Below, piece after piece: positions 47,267-56,825 of a stretch of 64,000 bases of DNA; the stretch's first letter is position 1, and the number at the start of each line of letters is the position of its first letter. Below the pieces are notes generated by a model, which did not search any database, was not told the origin of the DNA, and worked only from the letters and a program-made list of their open reading frames with translations. A program made the position numbers and the translations under genes. Location: contig JAUZRQ010000001.1 in NCBI GenBank assembly GCA_030950365.1, forward strand, positions 86,591 to 150,590, given 5' to 3'. This stretch comes from Candidatus Zhuqueibacterota bacterium (GTDB lineage: Bacteria; Zhuqueibacterota; Zhuqueibacteria; Zhuqueibacterales; Geothermadaptataceae).

Positions 47267-48823
47267 TCAGGGCGTTGCCCAGGCGGGAAGCTCGCCAAGG
47301 CGGATATCAAACGCCCATTTGATTAGAAAATAGCCGATAAAGGTTAAAATCACGGTAAACGTCAAATTCAGCACGGCGCCGGCACGGGCCATCTGTTTAA
47401 TCGAAATCACGCCGCTGCCATATACAATAGCATTGGGAGGCGTGGCTACCGGCAACATGAACGCGCAACTGGCTGCCAGCACCGCCGGAATGCCCAGTAG
47501 TAACGGATTCTGATGCATCCCCACCGCCACAGACGCAATAATAGGTAGAAAAGCAGCGGCTGTGGCCGTGTTGCTGGTGAGCTCGGTCAGCAAAATGATC
47601 ATAACGGTGGTCAATAGCACCAGCATGATGATGGGAAAATGCTGCAGTGCGCCCAGATGCCCGCCGATCCAATGCGCCAGTCCGGTGCGCTGCACTGCGG
47701 CCGCCAGCGAAAGCCCTCCGCCGAACAAAGTCAAAACCCCCCAGGGCAGCTTTTCCGCCGTACGCCAGTCAAGCACAAACAGGCCCGATTTAAAATCCAC
47801 GGGCAGCAAGAACAAAAGCACCGCTCCGAAGATGGCAATACCGGCATCGGACAGGCCGGACATGATTTTTCCAAGCAACGGACGGGTGATCCATAATAGC
47901 GCGACCAATGCAAAAACCGATGCCACCAGTTTTTCGCCGCGGCTCCATGGCCCCAATCGCTGCAACTCGTCGCGAATAAACTCGCCGCCTCCTGGCAGGG
48001 TACGCATGCGGATCGGAAAGACCAGCCGTGTGAGGATGAAATGCGTCACGGGAAGGCCTATGATGACCAGTGGCAGCCCCACCAATAGCCACTGAGCAAA
48101 ACTTAGATCATACCCGTACGTCTCGCTTAAAAAGCCAGCGAGCACCACATTGGTGGGGGTGCCAATCAGCGTGCCCATGCCGCCGATGCTGCAGGCATAA
48201 GCAATGCCCAGCATGAGCGCCACTGCAAAATGATGCGCATCAACGCCGGCTTCCTTTTGCTGCGAGGCTTGCGCCAGGGCAATGACCGACAGCCCGATCG
48301 GCAGCATCATCATGGTGGTAGCGGTATTGCTCACCCACATGCTCAAGAAGGCCGATGCCACCATGAACCCACCAATAATGGCCACCGGCCGTGTGCCCAC
48401 CGCATGAATGATCTTCAGCGCTATTCGCACATGCAAATGCCATTTTTGCATGGCCATGGAGATCATGAAACCGCCCATGAATAAAAAAATGAGCGGACTT
48501 GCATACGGCTGCGCCGCATCACGGATGGTTCCCACGCCAAGAACGGGAAACAATACAAGCGGTAGCAAGGATGTCACCGGTATGGGCAGCGCCTCGGTCA
48601 TCCACCAGATGGCCATGAGCAGACCAATAGCCGCCGTGTACCAGCCTGCAGCGGAAAGGCCTTCAGGCGCGGGTAACCAGAGCATAAGGATAAACAGCAC
48701 CGGGGCGCTCCACAATCCAAAGATTTGCAACCCTCCCAATTCATTGACCACATCGTTTTGCTGTTTCACCAGCAATCGCGTCAATTTCGAATCCGGCTCA
48801 CGGTTGAACGTCTGTTTTGCCAT
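47267..48823 (-). CDS. SLC13/DASS-family anion:sodium symporter
   Basis: 518 aa and polytopic, with duplicated hairpin motifs (SNTATTMMMLP and SNTATAAAFLP). Confidence 0.85.
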   Translation of the reverse strand: MAKQTFNREPDSKLTRLLVKQQNDVVNELGGLQIFGLWSAPVLFILMLWLPAPEGLSAAGWYTAAIGLLMAIWWMTEALPIPVTSLLPLVLFPVLGVGTIRDAAQPYASPLIFLFMGGFMISMAMQKWHLHVRIALKIIHAVGTRPVAIIGGFMVASAFLSMWVSNTATTMMMLPIGLSVIALAQASQQKEAGVDAHHFAVALMLGIAYACSIGGMGTLIGTPTNVVLAGFLSETYGYDLSFAQWLLVGLPLVIIGLPVTHFILTRLVFPIRMRTLPGGGEFIRDELQRLGPWSRGEKLVASVFALVALLWITRPLLGKIMSGLSDAGIAIFGAVLLFLLPVDFKSGLFVLDWRTAEKLPWGVLTLFGGGLSLAAAVQRTGLAHWIGGHLGALQHFPIIMLVLLTTVMIILLTELTSNTATAAAFLPIIASVAVGMHQNPLLLGIPAVLAASCAFMLPVATPPNAIVYGSGVISIKQMARAGAVLNLTFTVILTFIGYFLIKWAFDIRLGELPAWATP

Positions 48824-49128
48824 CTCTTTTCCCTGCTCTGCAACATTTTATCATTTCGGCGCAATTTAATTCCTGCTATGGAAAAGTGCAAAGAAATTGC
48901 GCTGAATGCGGTTCATCAGCAGCAATTGGAAGTGAGTGATTCAATTGAACGTCGGAATTCCCAACAGTCTATTTATTTAAAAAATAAACTGTTAGTTCAG
49001 TGAGACAAATTTATGTTGGTATTTCCAACAAAAACAGGCAACTAAACGCAATTGCAAAGATGATTTCATTTTTTGTAAACCAATTAAAATTAATATGATA
49101 GTTCGAAATGATGATTGGTGAAAAATAT

Positions 49129-49144
49129 TGGCATGGTATATGCC
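49129..49144 (+). promoter_or_regulatory. Sigma-54-type (-24/-12) promoter candidate upstream of the PEP-CTERM gene
   Basis: TGGCATGGTATATGCC has GG (49130-49131) and GC (49142-49143) at the canonical 12-nt offset. It lies about 60 nt before the start codon. The site is also a TGGCAT/ATGCCA inverted repeat. Confidence 0.4.
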
Positions 49145-49204
49145 ATAGGTTAAGACAAAAAGCACAATCATGATCAATCAGCTATTTATAGAAGGAGGTG
49201 GACA

Positions 49205-49750
49205 TTGAAAGTTCGAATTCTGGCGATTCTTGCGATGGCGGGAGTGCTCTTCGCAGCGACGGATTCCCAGGCGTTTTTAAGCGTCAGCGTAAGCTCGAAT
49301 CCATTTGTGACACCGGGATATGACATCAATGCAACGACTTCCGGAGTGGTAGAATATTATATTGTCAATAATAGTTCAAGCACCAGCATTCTTGATCAAT
49401 TTTATTTGTCTTTTGAAAGCGATGTGTTTGCGAGCTTTTCCACTTCAACGCCGGGCTTCTCTGTAAGTGGTGTGCAAATTGTTGCAACAGGTTTGAATCT
49501 TAATCCCGGTGAATCCATTACACTCACGGTAAACTATACCCTTTTTGGACCGGCATCGACTTTGGATTGGGATGAAGGCAGTCCATGGGAGCAAGGTTGG
49601 GTCGCTATTGGCAAAGATCCGAGCTACTTTACTGGCGGCTCAACGAATCTCACTCCCGAGCCCAACACCTTGCTGCTCCTTGGTGCCGGATTGTTTGGTC
49701 TCGGAGCCCGGGCCCGCAGACGCAAGAAACATCGCCAAAAAGCCAGCTAA
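49205..49750 (+). CDS. PEP-CTERM sorting-domain protein
   Basis: 181 aa with a TTG start after GGAGGTGG. It has a signal peptide (ILAMAGVLFAATDSQA). The C-terminus TPEPNTLLLLGAGLFGLGARARRRKK gives PEP, a TM helix and a basic cluster. Confidence 0.85.
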   Translation: MKVRILAILAMAGVLFAATDSQAFLSVSVSSNPFVTPGYDINATTSGVVEYYIVNNSSSTSILDQFYLSFESDVFASFSTSTPGFSVSGVQIVATGLNLNPGESITLTVNYTLFGPASTLDWDEGSPWEQGWVAIGKDPSYFTGGSTNLTPEPNTLLLLGAGLFGLGARARRRKKHRQKAS

Positions 49751-49798
49751 TTTCCCGCTTCCAATTCGACCTTTTGGGGTTAAAGGGCCATATCAAGG

Positions 49799-49835
49799 AG
49801 CCAATCGCTGTGTTGAGCGGCGATTGGCTTTTTTG
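49799..49835 (+). terminator. Rho-independent terminator of the PEP-CTERM gene
   Basis: A 10-bp stem AGCCAATCGC/GCGATTGGCT with an 11-nt loop, followed by TTTTT. Confidence 0.8.
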
Positions 49836-49842
49836 TACCCGG

Positions 49843-50142
49843 CTATAAAAGCACACCTTGAAGCCATATAAAGCCCAGAGCAATTCCCGCAAAATTCGCC
49901 AGCAAATCTTTCCAACTGAAACCATCCCCGCCCCAAAAGCCCGCTTTCTCATAAGGCAAGAGCGCATCTTTGATCTCCCAAAGGATACCGATAAGGATCA
50001 ATGCCGGGATGGTTTTGTCAAACTGAAGGAGCGTGCCGATGCTTGTGAGGCTCAGATAAGTCAGAAAGTGTTCTAATTTGTCGTAGGTCAGAATGAGTCC
50101 CCCTCGGGATAGCCAGGAATCTCTGGCCCAACGCCATTGCAT
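49843..50142 (-). CDS. Small membrane protein, possibly VanZ-like
   Basis: 99 aa. It has DKLEHFLTY and two or three hydrophobic segments. The assignment is weak. Confidence 0.35.
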   Translation of the reverse strand: MQWRWARDSWLSRGGLILTYDKLEHFLTYLSLTSIGTLLQFDKTIPALILIGILWEIKDALLPYEKAGFWGGDGFSWKDLLANFAGIALGFIWLQGVLL

Positions 50143-50173
50143 GTTGCCTCTCCGGTTGCGATTTAGTAGAAAA

Positions 50174-50896
50174 TTAAACCTCTCCCCAATGCAAAGCCAC
50201 CGTGCCCAGATTGAGTTTTTTATACTGCACGTTGCGCAGTCTGGCGGCTTCCATCCGCTGCTTGAGTTCGTCGGCTGGAATAAAGACCTCCACCGATTGC
50301 GGCAGATAGGTATATGCCTCGCGATCCCCAGCGATGATTCCCCCCAGAAAGGGCACGATTTTCTGGAAATATAAATGAAAACCGCGTTTCATTAGCGAGC
50401 TTTTCAGTGGCGTGATTTCCAGAATAACTACCTTCCCCCCGGGGCGCACCACGCGCGCCATTTCTCGGATAAATCGATCCACATCCACGACGTTTCGCAT
50501 GCTAAAGCCGGTGACCACCGCGTCGAACACGTCATCACGAAACGGCATTTGCAGCCCATCCGCAGCGATAAACCGGATGGCTTTATGCGGATTGGCCTTT
50601 TGGCGACCCAGGCGGATCATGTTCAGACTGAAATCTGCCGCCACAACCAGCGTGGGCTTGCATCGCATGGCCTCAATGGCCAGGTCCCCCGTACCGCAGG
50701 CGATATCCAGCAACGCGCCGTTTTCCGGCAATGCCGCCAAATCGATAGCCAACCGCCGCCAGCGCACATCCTGACCAAAGGTCATGATGCGGTTCATCAG
50801 ATCGTATTTCGGAGAAATACGATCGAACATATTGCGCACAAAATGGGCTTTTTCTTCGGCGCTGTTAAACTTTACCAGATTCGCTTTCGTCGTCAT
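50174..50896 (-). CDS. ubiE: Demethylmenaquinone/ubiquinone C-methyltransferase (UbiE/MenG)
   Basis: 240 aa. It has FDRISPKYDLMNRIMTFGQDVRWRR and the SAM motif LDIACGTGD. Confidence 0.88.
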   Translation of the reverse strand: MTTKANLVKFNSAEEKAHFVRNMFDRISPKYDLMNRIMTFGQDVRWRRLAIDLAALPENGALLDIACGTGDLAIEAMRCKPTLVVAADFSLNMIRLGRQKANPHKAIRFIAADGLQMPFRDDVFDAVVTGFSMRNVVDVDRFIREMARVVRPGGKVVILEITPLKSSLMKRGFHLYFQKIVPFLGGIIAGDREAYTYLPQSVEVFIPADELKQRMEAARLRNVQYKKLNLGTVALHWGEV

Positions 50897-50926
50897 CCCT
50901 CCTTCCGCCTTCGTATGATATGGTCA

Positions 50927-53900
50927 TTAGTCATTTTGTTTCGCTGAGGTGAGCTGCGACAACTGGCGGTCGATCTCGCGGATTTTTTCCTGCGCCGATT
51001 TGCCAAAAATGCTGCCGGCCCCCTCCATGCGTACAACCCATTCAAACAGCTTGCGCGCCCGTGGATATTGTCGCAAGCGCATGTAACAAATTCCGGCTTT
51101 GTACACCGCCGTTGTGCGCCACGGAAACTTGGTTTTGATGCGCGTGTACTTCAATCGAAGATATTCCACAATGGCCTTTTCGAACTGGCCGCTTTCGAAA
51201 TAAGTCTCGCCGATGTAAAACTGTATTTCCGCAGCGGCGTCACCATCGGCCAGCGGCAATAGGCGGCGATACTGCTGTACGGCCTCCTGGAACTGACCGA
51301 GTCTGCGCAAAAAGCCACCGATTTTTATTTTCAAATTGAAGCTGTAATCATCATTGGGAAATTGTTGCAAATACTCGCGCGTGTACTTCAGAGCAATGTC
51401 CACATAGCCCTGCCGCTCATACAGATTGATCAGTGATCGCATGGCAATTTTGGCATGGCGATCGTAAATAGAATCTTCCAGCACCTTTTTGAAAGCGCCG
51501 ATGGCGTTGGCCCACTGCTGCTGCGCCTGATAGAAATCGCCCAGGTTCAAGTACACCACACGCAAAAATGGATGTTCTGGAAACTTTTTCGGAATATCCG
51601 TGAGCACATCCAGCGCATCGTCGGTTTTGTTCTGAATCAGGTAGGCCTTACCAAGGCCAAAATCGCCGCGGATGGCATACGGTGTATTCTTGAATTTTTT
51701 GCGCAATGACTTGAAAATATCCTCGGCCTTTTTGAAATTTTTCCGCCGCAAATGCAGATCGCCAAGCTCAAACTGAATCTCCGCCAGGGTTTCCTGATCA
51801 TCCGGAAACCGGGTTTCATAGTTTTTCAACTCGCTCATCACAGCGCTGATTTGGCCCAGGCGCAGGCCGGAAATAATCGCCAGACGAGCGCCCCGTCGCA
51901 TTTTTTCCGGATCATCCTTAGACGTGCGAAACACTTCCAGCGCCAGCATCCGCGCCAGTTTGAAATTGTTCTGCTCGAATTCCAGTTCGGCCAGCAAAAA
52001 TTTGACCTCTGGCGTCAGCGGATGATCGGCGTAATTCTGCAAAATTTCCTGATAGTATTTGCGCGCCAGATGGGGCGTATTCAATTGCTTCGCCAGATCG
52101 GCCAGCGCCATCAGCGCCTCTGGAGCCTGGGGATTCGGCCCAGGCATGCGGTTCAGGTAATCCAGATAGGCCTGTGAGGCTTTCAGGTTGTCATTAAGCG
52201 CTTTCAGCGCTCCGGCATAAATCAGTTGCAAATCTGGCGATAGCGGTACATCGGTGGCATCCGCTTGCCAGCGTCGGCGTTCGCGCCATTTTCCAAGATA
52301 ATGCAGGACTTTTTTCGGCCGGCCGAATTCGTTCGCCAAACGAATTAGCAGCACCCAGGCGCTGTCCGCCTCAGGACTGTAATCATATTGCTCCGCGATC
52401 AGCCGGAGTCGCTTTTCGGCCTCGGCTGGTTGATGCGCCGAGGCAAGCAGTCGGCTCAAAACAAATTGCACGCGGATCCATTCGGCGGTTTTGGGCAACG
52501 AATCGGTGTCCTGCAAAACAGCGATCGCAGATGCCGTGTCATGCTGCATGAGATGAAACCTGGCCAGCAATAAAGCCGCTTTCGCTGGATGCTGCTTTGC
52601 ATTTTGCCGCCAGAAATTTAGCTCATCCCGGAATTGCACCAATTGCAGGGAATCCGCTCCTGCTAGCGCGGGCAGCCTGCCTTCCAGGACATGCAAATGG
52701 ACCTCTTCGAAACCCAGAGATCGCGGATAGGCATTGGCCAGCGAATCGAGAAAGGCCGCGCTGGTCGAATCCGGCGTGGACAAATGGATTCGCGCCAGCG
52801 CCATATCCACGCGCTGCAGTTGACCATCGTTCAGGTTTTTTTTGCGCAGGAAATGATACAACACCCTCGCCGAATCGAACCAGGAGACCGCCGAGGGTTT
52901 TTGCCGCAGCCAATGCTTTTCTCCCAACGCGAAGTAGCTGTCCGCGAGGTTCAGGAAAGCCTGATTGCGCACCCCGGGATCATTATTTTCGGCCACAAGC
53001 TGCTTCAGCAAGGCGACCGCCTTCTCGTATTCGCGAAAGCGCATGTAAATTTGCGCGGAAATGAGCCTGGCCGGGCGCTCCGGATCGTCCCGCATGTGCG
53101 CCGGCAGGGAAGCCAGCTCTGCGGCGGCTTCGGATAAATCCGGCCGGACATAGCGGCGGATGAGCCGCACATGCCTGGCAGCCGTATCAGCCCAATTGCT
53201 GGCCGGATAGGCCTGTTTGAGCTTTTGCCATTCGGCGGCGGCCACGGACCATTCGCCGAGGCGTTCATAAGCGGTGGCCAGCCCGGCACGCGCATCATCC
53301 ACAAAAGGGGAATCGGGGTATATTTCGGTATAACGCTCATAAAGCCGAATGGCTCGAGCAAAGTCATGCGTGATGTCCGCCTCATACTGCGCCTGCAAAT
53401 ACAACAGCGCTGCGGCCTGAGTCGGCGAAGATGGCTTTAGTTTGGACAATCGCTCCAGGATGTCCTGCAGAACCGCCTCATCGCGCAACAAAAAGGCCAC
53501 CCGAGCGGCTCGCAGCAGATATGTCATACGAAGCGAGTCCGCCGATTCCATAACGCGCTCGGCAGCCTGGCGGTAGGCTTGCAGCGCATCCATCCAGTTT
53601 TGCAATTGAGCATTCGCGCGCGCCAACAATGCCCAGTATTGCGGATTTTCCGATAGAATACTCGCATTGCCTTTGAGCAGATCCACGGCACGCGCCGGCT
53701 GCTGATTTTTGAGGTGCAAATCAGCAGCCTGCAACATAGCGAGCGTCCGTACCGAGTCTCCACTATTAAACAGCGATTGCAAGCGTTCGAATGCCTGTTG
53801 CCGGTCACCCAGCCGGAACTGCATATCGGCGCTTTCCAGTACGGCCTCGGCATAAAACAGGGTACCAGCATATTTTTGTACCACGTATTCGTATGCCTCC

Positions 53901-54619
53901 AGTGCCTCGCGATAGTGCTTCAGCACTCGGTGGATGCGCGCCTTGATTAGCCAGACTTCGGCATTGGCCAGCACGTCGGAAAACCGGGCAAGGAACGCCT
54001 CGGCGGCCCGAAAGGCACGATCGTATTCGCCCATCTCCACAAAATTCCTCAGCAAAAGCAACTGTGCGCGCGCTTTGATGGATTCATTTTGCGGATACTG
54101 CCCCGGGATGTCGAACAGAATGCGCCGGGCGCGCTGCACCTGGCCGGTTTTGATATACAGCTCGCCGGCGCGGAGCAGCGCGGTCGGGGCGAGCTCGCCG
54201 GTGGGATTGAACCGGGCGAAGCGCTCGAAGGTCAGCGCTGCGGCCTGCAAGCTGTCCATACGTACCAGGCAAACAGCAATACGAAACAGGGCGTCCTGGG
54301 ATTCCGGCCGTGCCGGGTAGCGCAATAATAATTTTTCAAAAGCACTACGGGCCCTGGCGAAGTCTTGCATCTGAAATTTGCCTTCGGCGATCTCTCGCAA
54401 GGCCTGCGGTACACGCTTTTCCTGCGGATATTTTTGAATAAACAGCTCAAATTGCTGGATGGCCAGATCGAGATAGCCATCCTTTTTGAGTTGCATGGCG
54501 TACACGAAATCGCTATCCGGGCCGGGCTGGGCCGACACCTGGGCCCGGATGCCACCTATCCATCCCAGCACGAGCAATGCCAGTACACTGATGATTCTAT
54601 AAAATCTCAATGGTTGCAT
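50927..54619 (-). CDS. Large tetratricopeptide-repeat protein with signal peptide
   Basis: 1230 aa. It has an N-terminal signal-like segment, then TPR-like helical repeats throughout. Confidence 0.8.
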   Translation of the reverse strand: MQPLRFYRIISVLALLVLGWIGGIRAQVSAQPGPDSDFVYAMQLKKDGYLDLAIQQFELFIQKYPQEKRVPQALREIAEGKFQMQDFARARSAFEKLLLRYPARPESQDALFRIAVCLVRMDSLQAAALTFERFARFNPTGELAPTALLRAGELYIKTGQVQRARRILFDIPGQYPQNESIKARAQLLLLRNFVEMGEYDRAFRAAEAFLARFSDVLANAEVWLIKARIHRVLKHYREALEAYEYVVQKYAGTLFYAEAVLESADMQFRLGDRQQAFERLQSLFNSGDSVRTLAMLQAADLHLKNQQPARAVDLLKGNASILSENPQYWALLARANAQLQNWMDALQAYRQAAERVMESADSLRMTYLLRAARVAFLLRDEAVLQDILERLSKLKPSSPTQAAALLYLQAQYEADITHDFARAIRLYERYTEIYPDSPFVDDARAGLATAYERLGEWSVAAAEWQKLKQAYPASNWADTAARHVRLIRRYVRPDLSEAAAELASLPAHMRDDPERPARLISAQIYMRFREYEKAVALLKQLVAENNDPGVRNQAFLNLADSYFALGEKHWLRQKPSAVSWFDSARVLYHFLRKKNLNDGQLQRVDMALARIHLSTPDSTSAAFLDSLANAYPRSLGFEEVHLHVLEGRLPALAGADSLQLVQFRDELNFWRQNAKQHPAKAALLLARFHLMQHDTASAIAVLQDTDSLPKTAEWIRVQFVLSRLLASAHQPAEAEKRLRLIAEQYDYSPEADSAWVLLIRLANEFGRPKKVLHYLGKWRERRRWQADATDVPLSPDLQLIYAGALKALNDNLKASQAYLDYLNRMPGPNPQAPEALMALADLAKQLNTPHLARKYYQEILQNYADHPLTPEVKFLLAELEFEQNNFKLARMLALEVFRTSKDDPEKMRRGARLAIISGLRLGQISAVMSELKNYETRFPDDQETLAEIQFELGDLHLRRKNFKKAEDIFKSLRKKFKNTPYAIRGDFGLGKAYLIQNKTDDALDVLTDIPKKFPEHPFLRVVYLNLGDFYQAQQQWANAIGAFKKVLEDSIYDRHAKIAMRSLINLYERQGYVDIALKYTREYLQQFPNDDYSFNLKIKIGGFLRRLGQFQEAVQQYRRLLPLADGDAAAEIQFYIGETYFESGQFEKAIVEYLRLKYTRIKTKFPWRTTAVYKAGICYMRLRQYPRARKLFEWVVRMEGAGSIFGKSAQEKIREIDRQLSQLTSAKQND

Positions 54620-56825
54620 ATTTCACCATGATTTTTCGAATTCGTCCGTCACCAAATGCCACAACGATCTTCATGTTCTCACCATGACCTTCAATGGCCT
54701 CCACCCGGCCCGCCCCAAAATGCGAGTGCCGTATGCGCATGCCTTTTCTGAATAGCACCTGCTCCTGAGAAAAATTCTCATAATCGGGCATTGCCTGCGG
54801 TTCCGGTTCCGGCCGCGGCGCGCGATGGCGATGCGCCGACCCGGATGATGGCCTTGACCGTGAGTAATAGGCCGGCCGGGTCTGGAAGAGTTCCACCACT
54901 GCCGGATCCAATTCATTCAAAAAGCGAGAAGGCATACCATTGCGCTGAAATTCGCCGAAACGCGATCGCGTGCGCGCATAGGTGAGATACAACTTTTCCC
55001 TTGCCCGCGTGGCCCCAACGTAAAACAGTCTCCGCTCTTCCTCCAGTTCATCCTGAGAATCCATGTTTCGCGATAGTGGGAACAGCCCCTCTTCCAACCC
55101 GGAAATAAACACCACTGGAAATTCCAGGCCCTTTGCGCTGTGCAGAGTCATCAGACTCACGGCATTGCTGCGGTCATCCCAGGTGTCGATATCGGTGATG
55201 AGCGACACCTGCTCCAGAAAGCCCTCCAACGACGGATTTTCGACGTTTCTGGCATACTCGGAAATTGCATTCAGCAACTCGCGAATGTTTTCCATCCGGG
55301 TGAGCGCGTCCGGTGTCCCCTCGGCCTTGAAGTTTTGCAAAATGCCGGTCTCTTCGACCATGGAATTGGCCAGCTCTGTGACAGAAATTTTGTCCTTGAG
55401 CGAGATATATTTGGCAATAAACTGATAAAATGCCTTGATCGTGTGCCGCAACCGCGGACTCAGGTTTTCGATTTCGTCGGTATGCTTCATGGCTTCGAGC
55501 AGGGTGATCCGGTGCTGCAGGGCATAATTCTGAATTTTACGCACCGTGGCCTCACCAATGCCCCGCAGCGGATAATTGATGATCCGCCGCAGACTGATGG
55601 AATCCAGTGGATTGGCCACGACCTTGAGATAGGCCAGCACATCCTTGATTTCTTTGCGTTCATAAAAGCGGATGCCGCCGACGATGATGTAGGCGATGCC
55701 ATGGCGGCGCAGGGCATCTTCAATGGCGCGGCTCTGCGCATTGGTGCGGTATAAAATGACAAAATCTCGTAAGGTGCGCTTGTTGCTTAAAAATTCTTCG
55801 TTAATTTTTTGAACAATGACTTCTGCTTCCTCCCGCTCCGATGCCGCTTCGATGATGTGTACTTTTTCCCCGGCTTCTTTTTGCGTCCACAGCCGCTTCT
55901 CATGGCGGCCCTGATTTTTCACGATCACCGAATGGGCGGCATCGAGAATATTCTGCGTCGAGCGGTAATTCTGCTCCAGCCGAAACACCTGGCAATCGGG
56001 ATAGTCGCGACCGAAATCGAGAATGTTGCGTAAATCGGCGCCGCGCCAGCGGTAAATGGACTGGTCGTCATCCCCCACCACGAAAAGATTGCGGTGCTTT
56101 TGGGCCAGCAGTTGCAGCAAATGGTACTGCGTGCGGTTGGTGTCCTGATATTCATCCACCAGGATGTAGCGAAATTTTTCTTGATAATATTCGAGGATGT
56201 TTGGATGATTGCGGAAGAGCACGACCGGCAGCAGGAGCAGGTCATCAAAATCAACGGCATTGTTTGCCCGCAGCATTTGCACGTATCGGGGATAGACTTC
56301 GGCCGCCATTTGCATTTTATCGTTTTCCACCATGGTTTTGAATTGCTGCGGATCGACAAAGGCATTTTTGGCCTGGCTGATGTAATGCGCGGCCAGGCGC
56401 GGCGGCATGCGCTCGCCGGGAATGTCCAGCTCATCGAGAATGAGCTTGACGCAATTGAGGCTGTCGTCTTGATCGTAAATATTGAAGGTGGATTCCAGGC
56501 CCAGGTGCACGGCTTCACGGCGCAGAATGCGCGCGCCCAGGCTGTGAAACGTGCCAATCCAGCCGTGATGCAAATGCGTGTGTCCCAGGCGCTCGAGGCG
56601 CTCCTTCATTTCGCCAGCGGCTTTGTTGGTGAAGGTCACGGCCATGATTTCGTCCGCACTGGCCCGCCCCGTGGCGATCAGATACGCAATGCGCTGGATG
56701 AGCACGCGGGTTTTGCCGCTGCCGGCGCCGGCAAGCACCAGCACCGGACCGTCGCCGCATTCTACCGCGCGCCGCTGTTCCGGATTCAGCCCTTCGAGAA
56801 GATGATTTACGTTCGGTTGATCCAC
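54597..56825 (-). CDS. pcrA: ATP-dependent DNA helicase, UvrD/PcrA family
   Basis: 742 aa. It has GAGSGKT, TFTNKAA, LVDEYQDTN, VGDDDQSIYRWRGA and the C-terminal VTLMTLHSAKGLEF. Confidence 0.93.
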   Translation of the reverse strand: MDQPNVNHLLEGLNPEQRRAVECGDGPVLVLAGAGSGKTRVLIQRIAYLIATGRASADEIMAVTFTNKAAGEMKERLERLGHTHLHHGWIGTFHSLGARILRREAVHLGLESTFNIYDQDDSLNCVKLILDELDIPGERMPPRLAAHYISQAKNAFVDPQQFKTMVENDKMQMAAEVYPRYVQMLRANNAVDFDDLLLLPVVLFRNHPNILEYYQEKFRYILVDEYQDTNRTQYHLLQLLAQKHRNLFVVGDDDQSIYRWRGADLRNILDFGRDYPDCQVFRLEQNYRSTQNILDAAHSVIVKNQGRHEKRLWTQKEAGEKVHIIEAASEREEAEVIVQKINEEFLSNKRTLRDFVILYRTNAQSRAIEDALRRHGIAYIIVGGIRFYERKEIKDVLAYLKVVANPLDSISLRRIINYPLRGIGEATVRKIQNYALQHRITLLEAMKHTDEIENLSPRLRHTIKAFYQFIAKYISLKDKISVTELANSMVEETGILQNFKAEGTPDALTRMENIRELLNAISEYARNVENPSLEGFLEQVSLITDIDTWDDRSNAVSLMTLHSAKGLEFPVVFISGLEEGLFPLSRNMDSQDELEEERRLFYVGATRAREKLYLTYARTRSRFGEFQRNGMPSRFLNELDPAVVELFQTRPAYYSRSRPSSGSAHRHRAPRPEPEPQAMPDYENFSQEQVLFRKGMRIRHSHFGAGRVEAIEGHGENMKIVVAFGDGRIRKIMVKYATIEIL

